A stretch of 64,000 bases of DNA from Nitrosopumilus sp. (GTDB lineage Archaea; Thermoproteota; Nitrososphaeria; Nitrososphaerales; Nitrosopumilaceae): assembly GCA_965218695.1 (NCBI GenBank), contig OZ244651.1, positions 1,664,001 to 1,728,000 on the forward strand, written 5' to 3'. How positions within the stretch are numbered: position 1 is the first letter of the stretch; each line of letters begins with the position of its first letter. Under the pieces are notes generated by a model that was given only the letters and a program-made list of their open reading frames with translations, did no database searches and had not been told where the DNA came from. This document shows, piece by piece, positions 53,338-62,895 of the stretch. A program made the translations under genes and the position numbers.

Positions 53338-54314
53338 TGTCGTTTTGGTACTACAGATTCACAGGACCCAAGGAGGTCAGGGGCGGCATCAAGGCGCAGA
53401 CCAAGCGCGGCGCGTTTGGCCAGAGCTGGTGGGCCAGGAGGTGGATCAACATACTTGACGACTTTAACATAGATGAGCGGCTTGCGCGCGGCAGGTCATA
53501 TGCCCGCCGGGGTCAGGTGGTGTCTGTAAGTGTGAAAAAGGGCATTGTGACCGGACGCGTGCAGGGCTCTGATCGCACGCCCTACAAGGTGGAAATCAAG
53601 GTCAAGACTCTGCCCAAGCGGGCCTGGAGTATGGCGGTGCCGAAGCTTTTTGCGCGGCCAGACATTGCCGCAAGCCTGCTGGCTGGCCGGATGCCCGATG
53701 ATATAGAGGAGATCTTTGCCAAAATCGGATACTCGCTGTTGCCATCCCGTGGCAAGGAACTCAAGACAGGCTGCGACTGTTTTGACTGGTCAAACCCGTG
53801 CAAGCACGTGGCGGCCGTATACTACATCCTGGCAGAGGAGTTTGACCGTGATCCGTTTCTCATATTCAAGATGCGCGGGGCCGATGTGGAGGATCTTCTC
53901 AAGGCCGCCAATCTCAGGCCAGTGGAAGTGACTGCCCCTGTCGGTCCGCCGGCAGAACCTCTTTCGACGGATCCGGAAAAATTCTGGGGCCGGGAGGGAG
54001 TGGCAAGCAAACCGGAGATGCATGCACACGTGCCAAAGATGCAGGCAGCCCTGCCCAAGCAGCTGGGCAGCTTTCCGTTTTGGAGGGGAAAAGACGAGTT
54101 CATGCCTGCAATGGAGGAGATATACAAACACGCCTCGTCTGCGGGGATGGATTCATTTCTGGGCGGCGGGCGGCAGGAGTCGTCGGAAGCCTCGCGCGAT
54201 ACAGGCCACGTCCAAAGGCGGCACACGCGGGGCCGTCCTTCCCGCACAACATCGCCTCCATCAGACAAGGCAGGCACCCAAAAGGGGCGCACGCGCAGCA
54301 GGACGCCCATATAG
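53337..54314 (+). CDS. SWIM zinc-finger protein
   Basis: RLARGRSYAR.G.V, CDCFDWSNPCKHVAA, FDRDPFL; GTG start overlaps the SNF2 stop. Confidence 0.9.
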   Translation: MSFWYYRFTGPKEVRGGIKAQTKRGAFGQSWWARRWINILDDFNIDERLARGRSYARRGQVVSVSVKKGIVTGRVQGSDRTPYKVEIKVKTLPKRAWSMAVPKLFARPDIAASLLAGRMPDDIEEIFAKIGYSLLPSRGKELKTGCDCFDWSNPCKHVAAVYYILAEEFDRDPFLIFKMRGADVEDLLKAANLRPVEVTAPVGPPAEPLSTDPEKFWGREGVASKPEMHAHVPKMQAALPKQLGSFPFWRGKDEFMPAMEEIYKHASSAGMDSFLGGGRQESSEASRDTGHVQRRHTRGRPSRTTSPPSDKAGTQKGRTRSRTPI

Positions 54315-54905
54315 ACACAGGCTCCTGCAGGCGTACCTTCGGCCCTTCATGCAACCTGTCGGGGTTCATGATCCGGCCTGACTGGAATTCCACCCCGCTC
54401 TAGCGGGTACGGCCAAACCTAAAAACGCCACGCGCCGTTCCAACCATCATCCCTCAGGCGCGCGATCATTCTAACCGTCTCGGCATCTCCTTCCCTGAAA
54501 ACATCCTGCATTCTCTCCTTTGACACCCGGATGCTCATCTTGATCACCGCAGACAACGCGCTATTTCTTACCCACTGGGCGGTGTCAAACAAGTACGCCA
54601 TCCACTTTCTGGTGAACACATCAACCAGACGCGTTAGCCATGTGACTCTGTGATCAGCTGGTCTTGCCGCCTCTTCCCGAGTCATTTTCGATGGAATCTG
54701 CCACGGACGGCATCCTGCCGGCACATCAAGGCATACTCTGAGCAACTGCGTCTTGCCCCAAAGACGACAGAATTGGCCCTGAAGTATGTAGACATGATCA
54801 CTGGCAGGGGGTTTGGCGTTGGAAGAAAGCCGAGCGGGTTGGCAGCGACCATACTCTATGCGGCATGCAGAGAATGGGAAAAATACATCACAAAAAACTC
54901 ACTTA

Positions 54906-55997
54906 TAGCAACGCGCAAAAGTCCGTGTGCGAATAATCGAAAAGTTTGTAGATCAGATCTTCTTTCAGCAAGGCATGGACGACACTAAACGGGAAGAGCT
55001 CGAAAAGTCGTGCAAAAAAGAAAAAGACCACAAGGTTCGAACCAGAATGGTCGCGGTACGTATGGTGCGCGTGCGCAACATGCCCGTGGAAGAGGCTGCT
55101 GACATCCTGGTACGGTGCCCCACATGGGTCCGCAAGTGGCTGCGCCGTTACGACGAAGGAGGCCTGCAAGGCCTCCGGGATCTTCCCAGATGCGGACGGC
55201 CCAGAAGGGTCCCGCGAGACGTCATGGACAGAATAATGGCAAGGGTGGCAGGTTCCAGAATCACTCCCGTAGGGATGCAGCAGCACATACGAGATGAAGC
55301 AGGCACAAACCTTCACATCACGTACATTCGCAAGATCATGCATCAGTACAACCTGTCTCCAAAGGTAGCGCAAAAGATCCACATCAATCGGGCAGGCAAG
55401 AAGGCAGTCTGGAACTGGAGATACTACCTCAAACGACGAATTTCGTGCCTAGAAAAGGAGGGATTTGCCGTGATCATGCAGGACGAGGCGTTTTTCATAC
55501 ACGACACCGTGTCTGGCCGAAAGTACTGGTCCCCCAAGGGCGGGCGGATAAACGTGCCATACACCGGAAGCCACAGGAAGGTCACCATATACGGGTCGCT
55601 TGCCCTAGACGGCAGGCAATTCTTTCGGACGTACGACCGGTTCAACGCTTCCACCTTTGTCGCCTACCTCAAGGAGCTGCAGCGGCATTTCGGAAAAGCG
55701 GTGATAATAACTGACCGGGCGCCGCAGCATCGCTCGAAGATGGTGAGGGAATTTCTTCGCACGAACAAAAGCATCAGGATCATGTATTTCCCCAAGGGCT
55801 CGCCGTACCTGAACGCCGTGGAAGAGTGCTGGCGTCAGGGAAAGCGCAAGTTGCTGGTTTCCGAATATTATCGGACATTTTCGGACATGTGCCGGGCCGT
55901 CTTTACCTATTATCGAACGGCACGGTTTCGTCTGGAATTGATCAGCTATATGAACAAAAAAACCGTGTTGCTCCACACGAACTTATGATCTTTGCTA
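54906..55997 (+). mobile_element. IS630-family element
   Basis: Imperfect TIRs TAGCAA.....A.AAGT.CGTGTG; TA duplication at 54904-54905 and 55998-55999. Confidence 0.88.
54927..55988 (+). CDS. IS630 transposase
   Basis: WLRRYDEGGLQGL..PRCGRP HTH, QDEAF, TDRAPQH, PKGSPYLNAVEECW. Confidence 0.93.
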   Translation: MRIIEKFVDQIFFQQGMDDTKREELEKSCKKEKDHKVRTRMVAVRMVRVRNMPVEEAADILVRCPTWVRKWLRRYDEGGLQGLRDLPRCGRPRRVPRDVMDRIMARVAGSRITPVGMQQHIRDEAGTNLHITYIRKIMHQYNLSPKVAQKIHINRAGKKAVWNWRYYLKRRISCLEKEGFAVIMQDEAFFIHDTVSGRKYWSPKGGRINVPYTGSHRKVTIYGSLALDGRQFFRTYDRFNASTFVAYLKELQRHFGKAVIITDRAPQHRSKMVREFLRTNKSIRIMYFPKGSPYLNAVEECWRQGKRKLLVSEYYRTFSDMCRAVFTYYRTARFRLELISYMNKKTVLLHTNL

Positions 55998-56498
55998 TAG
56001 GGCAGTATCCGGACTGAGTCAACCAAGCTTTGACAACCTGTGCAAGAGTGCCACATATTTCATCGAGTGGGCCGGTTCCAGCTAAAACGGGAACGAACAA
56101 GATCCTCCCATGTGTTACGGGTATCCAAACCCGTTGATGTCGTGTGTTGGTAATGCGTCTGGTCCAGTCCGATTTGGGTTGGTTGGGCAATTTTTTAAAG
56201 ATTTGCGGATATGTTCGGTGTACATGGAATTGTCCGTGCCGGATCCGACAGGATCAAACGAGGGTTTTATGGTTCTGGACTGTGCCGGTGCAGAGGCCGA
56301 CAGGCATTTCTGCGGATCCGAAAGAATGGTGTACAGCTACCGCTATGGGTTTTCCCGTGTCCCGAGGCAGATGCGCCAGACGACTGCTGTCAATATTGTT
56401 TTCGGCAAGCCAGGGGGCATGGAGGAGGCGTTGAGCCGCCCCCCGCTGTGCAGGGGCGGCGAAACGCATCCCGGGGCGTCCAATCATCCCCATGATGC

Positions 56499-57570
56499 CT
56501 AGACTCGGGACTCGGCGATCCGCTTTACTCTCTGGAACTTCCGCCTGACAAGATCCTTGTCCTGTGTCCTGTATTCGGTGCTATGCTCAAGCATCTCCCA
56601 GACCCATTCGAGCATCTGCCTGGCTACGGCGACTCTTGCCTTCATGGGCCCTATGCGGGTTGCCAGTTTTTGGTAACGTGCCCCTATCCGGGCATCGTGT
56701 TGGACTGCAACGAACGCGGCCTCGACCATGGCACGGCGCAGCCAGACAGAACCGCGCTTTGTGATGTCGCCGGTCCTGAGTCTCCCCGCTGTTGTGGTGT
56801 TTTGGCACCAGGCCAGCGTACGAGGCCACCTTTTCGGCGTCGGCGAACCTTTTGTGGTCGACTATTTCGGCAAGTATGGTTACTGCCGTGATGTAGCCTA
56901 TTCCGGGTATGGTCATGATCAATTGTGCCCTCCTGTCGCTCATCGCAATCCCGGCTATCTTTTTCTCAAATCTTGCTACCTGCTTTAGTATGGTGTCGAT
57001 GGTGGTCAGGTGCGACTGTACCGCCATGCGGTCGACCTCTCTCAGGGGCACACTCTGCAGCCACTCGAGCCCCGGTCCTGTAAACAGTCCCCCCTTGGGC
57101 TGCTCGTGCGGGTATTTGGCTAGGATCGCGTGGATGCGGTTTTTGGGACTGGTGGCGTGCATCTTCATGCCCAGACGGGTGCGGGTCAGTTCGCGCAGGT
57201 CCCGCGCTGGCTTGTCTGCCACGAACGACTCGGGGATCATGTCCAACCTGCACAGGTCTGCCAGCTTTTCCGAGTCCGCCTTGTCGTTTTTGTACACGGT
57301 TTCGGTTATGATCTTCGTGTTGTGCGGGTGGGCCAACAGGGTGTTGATTCCTGCATCCTCGAGCATGTCGTGCACGACTATCCAGTAGTTGGCAGTGGAT
57401 TCGCAAACGGCCGTCGCCGGCACGTACCCGTCCCGGCGGATCATCTTGACGAATCCGGTTATTCCCCAGACGTTGTTGTCAAATTCGGTCTGCTTTAGTA
57501 TCTTGTTGGTTTTGCCCTTAATGGTTGAAACGCATTTCTTTTTGTGAACGTCTATTCCAATGTAATACGT
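56499..57570 (-). pseudogene. IS110-family recombinase, frameshifted
   Basis: YIGIDVHK, VCEST, KNDKADS, TIPGIG, SYAGLVP..SG. Frameshift near 56780 continues into RTGDITKRGSVWLRRAMVEAA. A GGAGGTGA Shine-Dalgarno precedes ACG at 57570, probably a mutated ATG. Confidence 0.88.
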
Positions 57571-57780
57571 GTTATCACCTCCTTTGCAGCATATCGGACC
57601 CGACCAGCGGAAAACTCCCATTCACCGTCAAAGCGGTATTTGACCATCCGCATACCTTGAGTCAGTCTTATGCACGCCCTCATATGTGGCAAGTTCGTGT
57701 CGACTCTCAGGTCCAACAGGGTAAATGCCACAGTCGCCGCTATAACGGCAACACATGGCGTCTTATGCTTTTAGCTATAG

Positions 57781-58030
57781 GCAGAGGTGTAGATATTGTC
57801 AACTGGATCATGATCCAAGCCGCAAACACCGCCATCAGGTACGATGACAGGATAGCCGGGTTCTGCGAGAGGGTCAAGGCACGGCGCAGGGGACGGCACC
57901 AGATAGCAATAACCCAATCGCAGACAAGATGCTGACGATCATCTAGCATATGCTGAGCACCATGATGCCGTATTCCACCATGAACAGGAGCAGGTACCAA
58001 AGAAAGATTAAAAGAATCGACGAGGCATAA
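57781..58030 (+). pseudogene. C-terminal remnant of a second IS110 recombinase
   Basis: WIMIQAANTAIRYDDRIAGFCERVKARR...IAI, then frameshifted ADKMLTII*HML. Confidence 0.65.
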
Positions 58031-58134
58031 AATGTGCAGATCGAGAGTCAGTTGGGATCAACACAATTTAGTGGGAACGGATGTTGACATATGTGGGTTA
58101 TCTGAAGAAGCCAGTTACTTTTTAACCTACAATA

Positions 58135-58323
58135 ATGGAAAAAATAATGAGCATGGTGTGGTACATGATAGCGATTCCGATTGTAGTAGTTGTAATAATA
58201 AAATTGGTCATTCCTTACATAAAAAAAAATCATATCAACGATACCGCAATTTGCGGGATTTGCAGCAGCACATACAACAAAAAATTAAATGGCTGTCCCA
58301 AGTGCGGTGTCGGCCAAAGATGA
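58135..58323 (+). CDS. small membrane-anchored zinc-ribbon protein
   Basis: Transmembrane helix plus CGIC...CPKC. Confidence 0.6.
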   Translation: MEKIMSMVWYMIAIPIVVVVIIKLVIPYIKKNHINDTAICGICSSTYNKKLNGCPKCGVGQR

Positions 58324-58447
58324 TTTTCATTAGAACCGTACTTGTTGATCATAGTAATTTACCCGGATAGGCAGAAATTGAAAACCAGATACTTTGCCAT
58401 TGGTGCAGCAATACTGCTTCTTTTGGGCGTTGCCGTAATCATAAAGC

Positions 58448-58657
58448 ATGGAGATGATGCCCTCTGAACCTGCAGAGGATTTGCCAATGGGCATGACTCC
58501 CATCACTCCCGAGGTAGGAAAAACAACAGCAAATCCTGTTGGAATGTATTTGACTGTTGCAGGCATTGTTGCCTTGATTGGAAGTGGGATTTACTCTCCA
58601 ATTGGAGTCCTAAGGAGAAAAATTGGAAGATGGGGTTGTTGCCTTGATGCTCTGTAA
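58448..58657 (+). CDS. small hypothetical membrane protein or fragment
   Basis: One hydrophobic segment. Confidence 0.35.
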   Translation: MEMMPSEPAEDLPMGMTPITPEVGKTTANPVGMYLTVAGIVALIGSGIYSPIGVLRRKIGRWGCCLDAL

Positions 58658-58683
58658 AACCATTGAAGAGGTAATTTGGAAAG

Positions 58684-59811
58684 ATGAATACTAGGCTTTT
58701 GGCAACAGTTGCGGCGTTCCTCTTGCTGATCCCCTGGGTCGGCATGCTGGACTTTGGCAGGGTCGGGGCAGACGGAGTCTACACAAGCGAAGTCGTGGCC
58801 ATGACTTTGGCTGTCTTCTTTTCCATGGTGTCGTGGGCGATGCTTTCGTGGGCATCAAAATGCATCAGGCCTGCAGGAGTTTTGCTGAGCATAATTACAG
58901 GTGCATCCTTGGTAATCCCGTTTATTGAAAAACTGGGACCCATGGCAGCAGTAATCGTCGGGATTGTGGCCGGGTTTTCAGCATTCATGCTCCAAAAAAA
59001 GATGATAAACCCGGCAGGGAACCGTCCCGTCGTAATTGCAGTCCTCACCCTTGCGGCAGCATACTTGGCCCTGATCCTCCTGGTCTTGGCAGCTCAGAGC
59101 TCGCACAGCGGCATCGACTCGTGGAGCGGCACCGCAGAAGGCATTGAGGAGTCCGGGTTTGACAACATCTTCAATAACGGTATTGGGTTTGCGTACTTTT
59201 TGGTCATAATTCCATCATTGGCGGCAACCGTGCTGGCGCTTCGAGTGGGGAAAATGAAGACCAGATACAAAATCATAATAATCGCAGTCTTGTCGTTTGC
59301 AGTTCTTGACCTGCCCTTCTTCACGTCCATAACCGTAATCAACGATGCTTTTGAGATCGCCCACCTCTTGCATTTTTGGAGCATACCCATTCACACCGAG
59401 GTCTCCGGGATAAAGCAAGCTTATGAGGCAGGGGAGCCAATTGAATTCAACGTGACCCATTACAACTTTGGATACTATCAAGAACATCCTCAATACGAAA
59501 TAGTTCAAGGAAATGGCAGCATTTCAGTAGTTGGTGGCGGAATGACAAACGGCTCCGTCGGTTACGGGCCATTTACAATCTTGACAATATGGCACGGGGA
59601 CTGGGAGATCAGCGAATACACAGAACACAATCTTGTGGACCGAGACGGGAACAGGATTGACTCCAAACCCCAAGATGACAACTGGCGCGTAATCTCAGAG
59701 GAAAGACCCATTGCGTTGAACGAGCCCGGAAATTACACACTGCGTATTCACACAGAGGCAAGGCACGGGGAGATTTCAGTCCCCTTTGAGGTCGTAGTAA
59801 ATGAAGGCTGA
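58684..59811 (+). CDS. multi-pass membrane protein with Ig-like C-terminal domain
   Basis: About 7 hydrophobic segments, then YEAGEPIEFNV...EPGNYTLRI. Confidence 0.7.
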   Translation: MNTRLLATVAAFLLLIPWVGMLDFGRVGADGVYTSEVVAMTLAVFFSMVSWAMLSWASKCIRPAGVLLSIITGASLVIPFIEKLGPMAAVIVGIVAGFSAFMLQKKMINPAGNRPVVIAVLTLAAAYLALILLVLAAQSSHSGIDSWSGTAEGIEESGFDNIFNNGIGFAYFLVIIPSLAATVLALRVGKMKTRYKIIIIAVLSFAVLDLPFFTSITVINDAFEIAHLLHFWSIPIHTEVSGIKQAYEAGEPIEFNVTHYNFGYYQEHPQYEIVQGNGSISVVGGGMTNGSVGYGPFTILTIWHGDWEISEYTEHNLVDRDGNRIDSKPQDDNWRVISEERPIALNEPGNYTLRIHTEARHGEISVPFEVVVNEG

Positions 59812-59889
59812 GCTTTGCATAGTTTTCGTCATGGTGCCGCCCCTCCCGCACTCTAAATGATTAATAAAAGACATATGGAACACAGAGTC

Positions 59890-60726
59890 ATGAAGGATAC
59901 TGTAATCGGCATTACAGTGATAGGCAAGGACAGGGGCGGAATCGTTGCCGCGTTTACAAACTTTGTCTTCTTTAGGGGCGGAAACATCCAGAAGATAAAC
60001 CAGAACGTCTACAACGACCTCTTTGGCATGTACCTGGAGACCTCGTTTGCAAGGCCCATCGACGTCAAAAAGTTTGATGCAGACATCCAGGAGATGGCCA
60101 AACAGGAGAGGATGGAGGTCAGCACCCAGCACGTGACGGACTCGAAGGCAAACATTGCAATATTTGTCACAAGGGAGCCGCACTGCCTGGATGCCATCCT
60201 GAAGAGCTCCGGGTCGCTAAAGGGAGTGATTTCGATAATTATCGGCACAGAGGACACGCTTGCGCCAAAGGCTGCAAAGGCAGGCATTCCGTTTGTGGCG
60301 ATTGGGAACAAGAACCAGCAGGAGGCAGAGGACAGGATCCTCCAGGTGTGCAAAAAGCATGCCATTGATCTGATTGTTCTGGCAAGATACATGAGGATCC
60401 TGACGCCAAGCTTTGTCTGGCGGTATCCCAACAGGATCATCAACATTCATCCGTCGCTGCTGCCTGCGTTTCGCGGCGCATCGGCATACTCGCAGGCCTT
60501 TGAGAGGGGGACAAAGGTTGTGGGCGTGACATGCCACTACGTTACAGAGAGTCTGGATCAGGGACCGATAATACTCCAGGACGTCTTTCAGGTGGAGCCG
60601 GAAGACACCCTGGAGAGGATAAAGTCGAAGGGACAGAGGCTGGAGGCAAGGACTCTTCTCAAGGCCACCAAGATGCACCTTGAGAACAAACTGGATGTAC
60701 GCTGGAGAAAGGTCCACATCAAGTGA
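59890..60726 (+). CDS. purU: formyltetrahydrofolate deformylase
   Basis: ACT domain GKDRGGIVA, LARYMRIL, INIHPSLLPAF, LDQGPII. Confidence 0.93.
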   Translation: MKDTVIGITVIGKDRGGIVAAFTNFVFFRGGNIQKINQNVYNDLFGMYLETSFARPIDVKKFDADIQEMAKQERMEVSTQHVTDSKANIAIFVTREPHCLDAILKSSGSLKGVISIIIGTEDTLAPKAAKAGIPFVAIGNKNQQEAEDRILQVCKKHAIDLIVLARYMRILTPSFVWRYPNRIINIHPSLLPAFRGASAYSQAFERGTKVVGVTCHYVTESLDQGPIILQDVFQVEPEDTLERIKSKGQRLEARTLLKATKMHLENKLDVRWRKVHIK

Positions 60727-61469
60727 GTCAGATGCAGGAGATTAGAACCAGAACCGATCCCGGCATCAGAAGAACCATCAGTGCCGGGAACCACACTGCA
60801 GTCATTCCGGTGGGCTCCACGGAGCAGCACGGCCCCCACCTGCCTGTATCGACTGACTCGGATATCGCAGGGGAGGTGGCAAGAAGGATCGCAGAGAGGA
60901 ACAGGTACCTCCTGTGCCCGGTTCTGACGTACGGCGTCTCCTTTGAGCACGCGCCGCTGTTTCATCTGAGCGTCAGGAAATCGACGCTGCGCCGCGTCCT
61001 GACTGACCTGTGTTCGTCGCTCCTCTCAAACGGGGTGGAGACAGTCTTTGTGATAAACGGGCATCACGGAAACCAGGACGCCATAAGGGACGTGGGAAGG
61101 CACATGGGTGCAGCCTCAGACGGGAGGCTCAGTGTGCACACATTCTCATACTGGCACTTCATGGAGGGGGATTTTGACCATGCCGGGTTTGTCGAGACCT
61201 CGCTGATGCTGGCAGTGTCAGACAGGGTCAGAATGGGGCTGGCCCGAAAGGGGCTGGTCACAGACGGCATGACAGACAGGGAGATCCAAAGGATCGGACG
61301 GCTGGCCCAAAAGTCTTTCCCGGAGGCCACAGGAAACGGGATCTGGGGCGATCCGACGCGTGCCACAAGGCAGGACGGGCAGAGAATCCTCAGGGAGATA
61401 GTCAGGAACCTTGGCAAAAAGTGCCAAGAATGCCTTGCAGGCCAAAGCCAAAGGTCAAATTTAATATAA
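60723..61469 (+). CDS. creatininase-family protein
   Basis: PVGSTEQHGPHLP..TD, NGHHGN, DHAG..ETS. Confidence 0.92.
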   Translation: MSQMQEIRTRTDPGIRRTISAGNHTAVIPVGSTEQHGPHLPVSTDSDIAGEVARRIAERNRYLLCPVLTYGVSFEHAPLFHLSVRKSTLRRVLTDLCSSLLSNGVETVFVINGHHGNQDAIRDVGRHMGAASDGRLSVHTFSYWHFMEGDFDHAGFVETSLMLAVSDRVRMGLARKGLVTDGMTDREIQRIGRLAQKSFPEATGNGIWGDPTRATRQDGQRILREIVRNLGKKCQECLAGQSQRSNLI

Positions 61470-61500
61470 TGCCTCGACGCCAAGACAGTGAGTGAGATAG

Positions 61501-61737
61501 ATGTCTGTTGATATGGCCGTTAAGGTATTGGATGAGAGCATAAACGAAGTGGTACTCATAAAACTCAAGGGAAACAAGACGATCAGAGGCAATCTTCTTG
61601 GATTTGACCAGCACATGAATCTGCTACTTGACTATTCAGAAGACATTCCTGCCCAAGGCGAGCCAAAGGGCTTGGGGACCATCGTAGTCAGGGGCGACAA
61701 CGTAGTCATGATATCCCCTCCGCCCCCGCAGAGATAG
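61501..61737 (+). CDS. Sm-like (LSM) protein
   Basis: [27 protein letters not shown]. Confidence 0.95.
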   Translation: MSVDMAVKVLDESINEVVLIKLKGNKTIRGNLLGFDQHMNLLLDYSEDIPAQGEPKGLGTIVVRGDNVVMISPPPPQR

Positions 61738-61746
61738 GTGGTCTGG

Positions 61747-61914
61747 ATGGTCAAAGGCACAACTTCCATGGGGGGTTTTACAAAAAAGAAGGTTCACATC
61801 AGATGCAGGAGATGCGGCAAGAATTCACTCCACAAACGCCACCACAAATGCGCAAGCTGTGGGTTCCCCGATGCCAAACGCAGAAAATATTCCTGGATTA
61901 AATGGTACACATAG
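61747..61914 (+). CDS. rpl37e: 50S ribosomal protein L37e (not in ORF track)
   Basis: Manual translation [10 protein letters not shown]...[13 protein letters not shown]...CASCGFP...RKYSW; follows the LSM gene. Confidence 0.95.
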   Translation: MVKGTTSMGGFTKKKVHIRCRRCGKNSLHKRHHKCASCGFPDAKRRKYSWIKWYT

Positions 61915-62895
61915 ATGCAGGAGATTGCGATTATTCTCGGTTCGCTAGCTGGAGTGGCCACAGCAGCGGCTGCCATACGAATCGCCCCCAAGGGTAACGG
62001 CGTGCCTGACGGCCCGCAGAACACAGGCGAGTCAAGATATCTGGAGATCGAAAGGGACATTCTTACCAAGACGATTGCGAGGCTGTACGAGGCAGACGCC
62101 GGGCTTACCAAGGGCCAGAGGAACAGTCTCCTGATCAAGTACCAGCACCGGTTGGAGACCATACAGCTCAAGATACAGAGGCTAAAGCATACAGGCAGCA
62201 GCAAGGAGACAGACGAAGGCGTAAGCAACCTGATGATCAGGATGGATGAAAAGCTCTCCAGACTGGATGAAAGGATCCACGAGCTGTCATCAAGCATGGC
62301 AGAGACCAGGGAGAGGCTGCTCCAGGAGACACGGGCCAGAAGGCAGATACAGGAGCCTCTTCCCCCAGGCGTGCCTGCCAGAACAATACCTGTTGAGGCA
62401 CCGGCAGGCATTCCAGTAACATCGTTGCCCGAGGCGCCAGTCGGCATACCCGAAGACATTCCAGCAACGCCATTGCCCGAGGCGCCGGTTGTAATGCCTG
62501 CAGGCACAGATGATGGTGGTGGTGGTGATGGTGATGTCAAGACAAACGACCCGGCCAGAGCAGGCAGCATCTCAAAGGAGGTGCCGCCGCATCCAAGGGG
62601 TCAGGAGATAAGACCCCTGCCAAAGCCGAAGAAGATCGATGCCGAGGTGGAACCAAAAAAGGAACAGACCGCCCAGACTGTAGCAAGCCGCAAAAGCAAG
62701 ACTGATGCCAAGACGGCAACCCCCGAAGAAGGCGCCGTGGACAAGGCAACCCCCGATACGCCGCTGGCATCCCAGACAAGCATACCGGAGCTGGAGGAAC
62801 CAAGCGATGATATTGACGATGCAGAGGAGCTCAAAAAGATCAAGGACGACATCAACAAGGCCCTGACAAAGCTTGCCCAGACAGAGGTGGAATAG
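61915..62895 (+). CDS. membrane-anchored coiled-coil / Pro-rich hypothetical protein
   Basis: N-terminal transmembrane helix, coiled coil, EAP-containing repeats; abuts both neighbours. Confidence 0.75.
   Translation: MQEIAIILGSLAGVATAAAAIRIAPKGNGVPDGPQNTGESRYLEIERDILTKTIARLYEADAGLTKGQRNSLLIKYQHRLETIQLKIQRLKHTGSSKETDEGVSNLMIRMDEKLSRLDERIHELSSSMAETRERLLQETRARRQIQEPLPPGVPARTIPVEAPAGIPVTSLPEAPVGIPEDIPATPLPEAPVVMPAGTDDGGGGDGDVKTNDPARAGSISKEVPPHPRGQEIRPLPKPKKIDAEVEPKKEQTAQTVASRKSKTDAKTATPEEGAVDKATPDTPLASQTSIPELEEPSDDIDDAEELKKIKDDINKALTKLAQTEVE

Larger units (their letters stand above)
54650..56085 (+). pseudogene. TFB/TFIIB-like single cyclin-repeat protein interrupted by IS630
   Basis: GRKPSGLAATILYAAC matches the TFB repeat motif. 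Removing the IS and one TA gives the in-frame ITKNSLRAVSGLSQPSFDNLCKSA...stop at 56085. Confidence 0.7.

Noticed and set aside
54419-54745. Minus-strand 108-aa ORF
   Set aside because: No recognisable family and it overlaps the TFB-like frame; coding status cannot be supported.
56110-56502. 130-aa ORF as an integrase fragment (RHFCGS)
   Set aside because: Only a weak partial motif; other tyrosine-recombinase residues were not identifiable.
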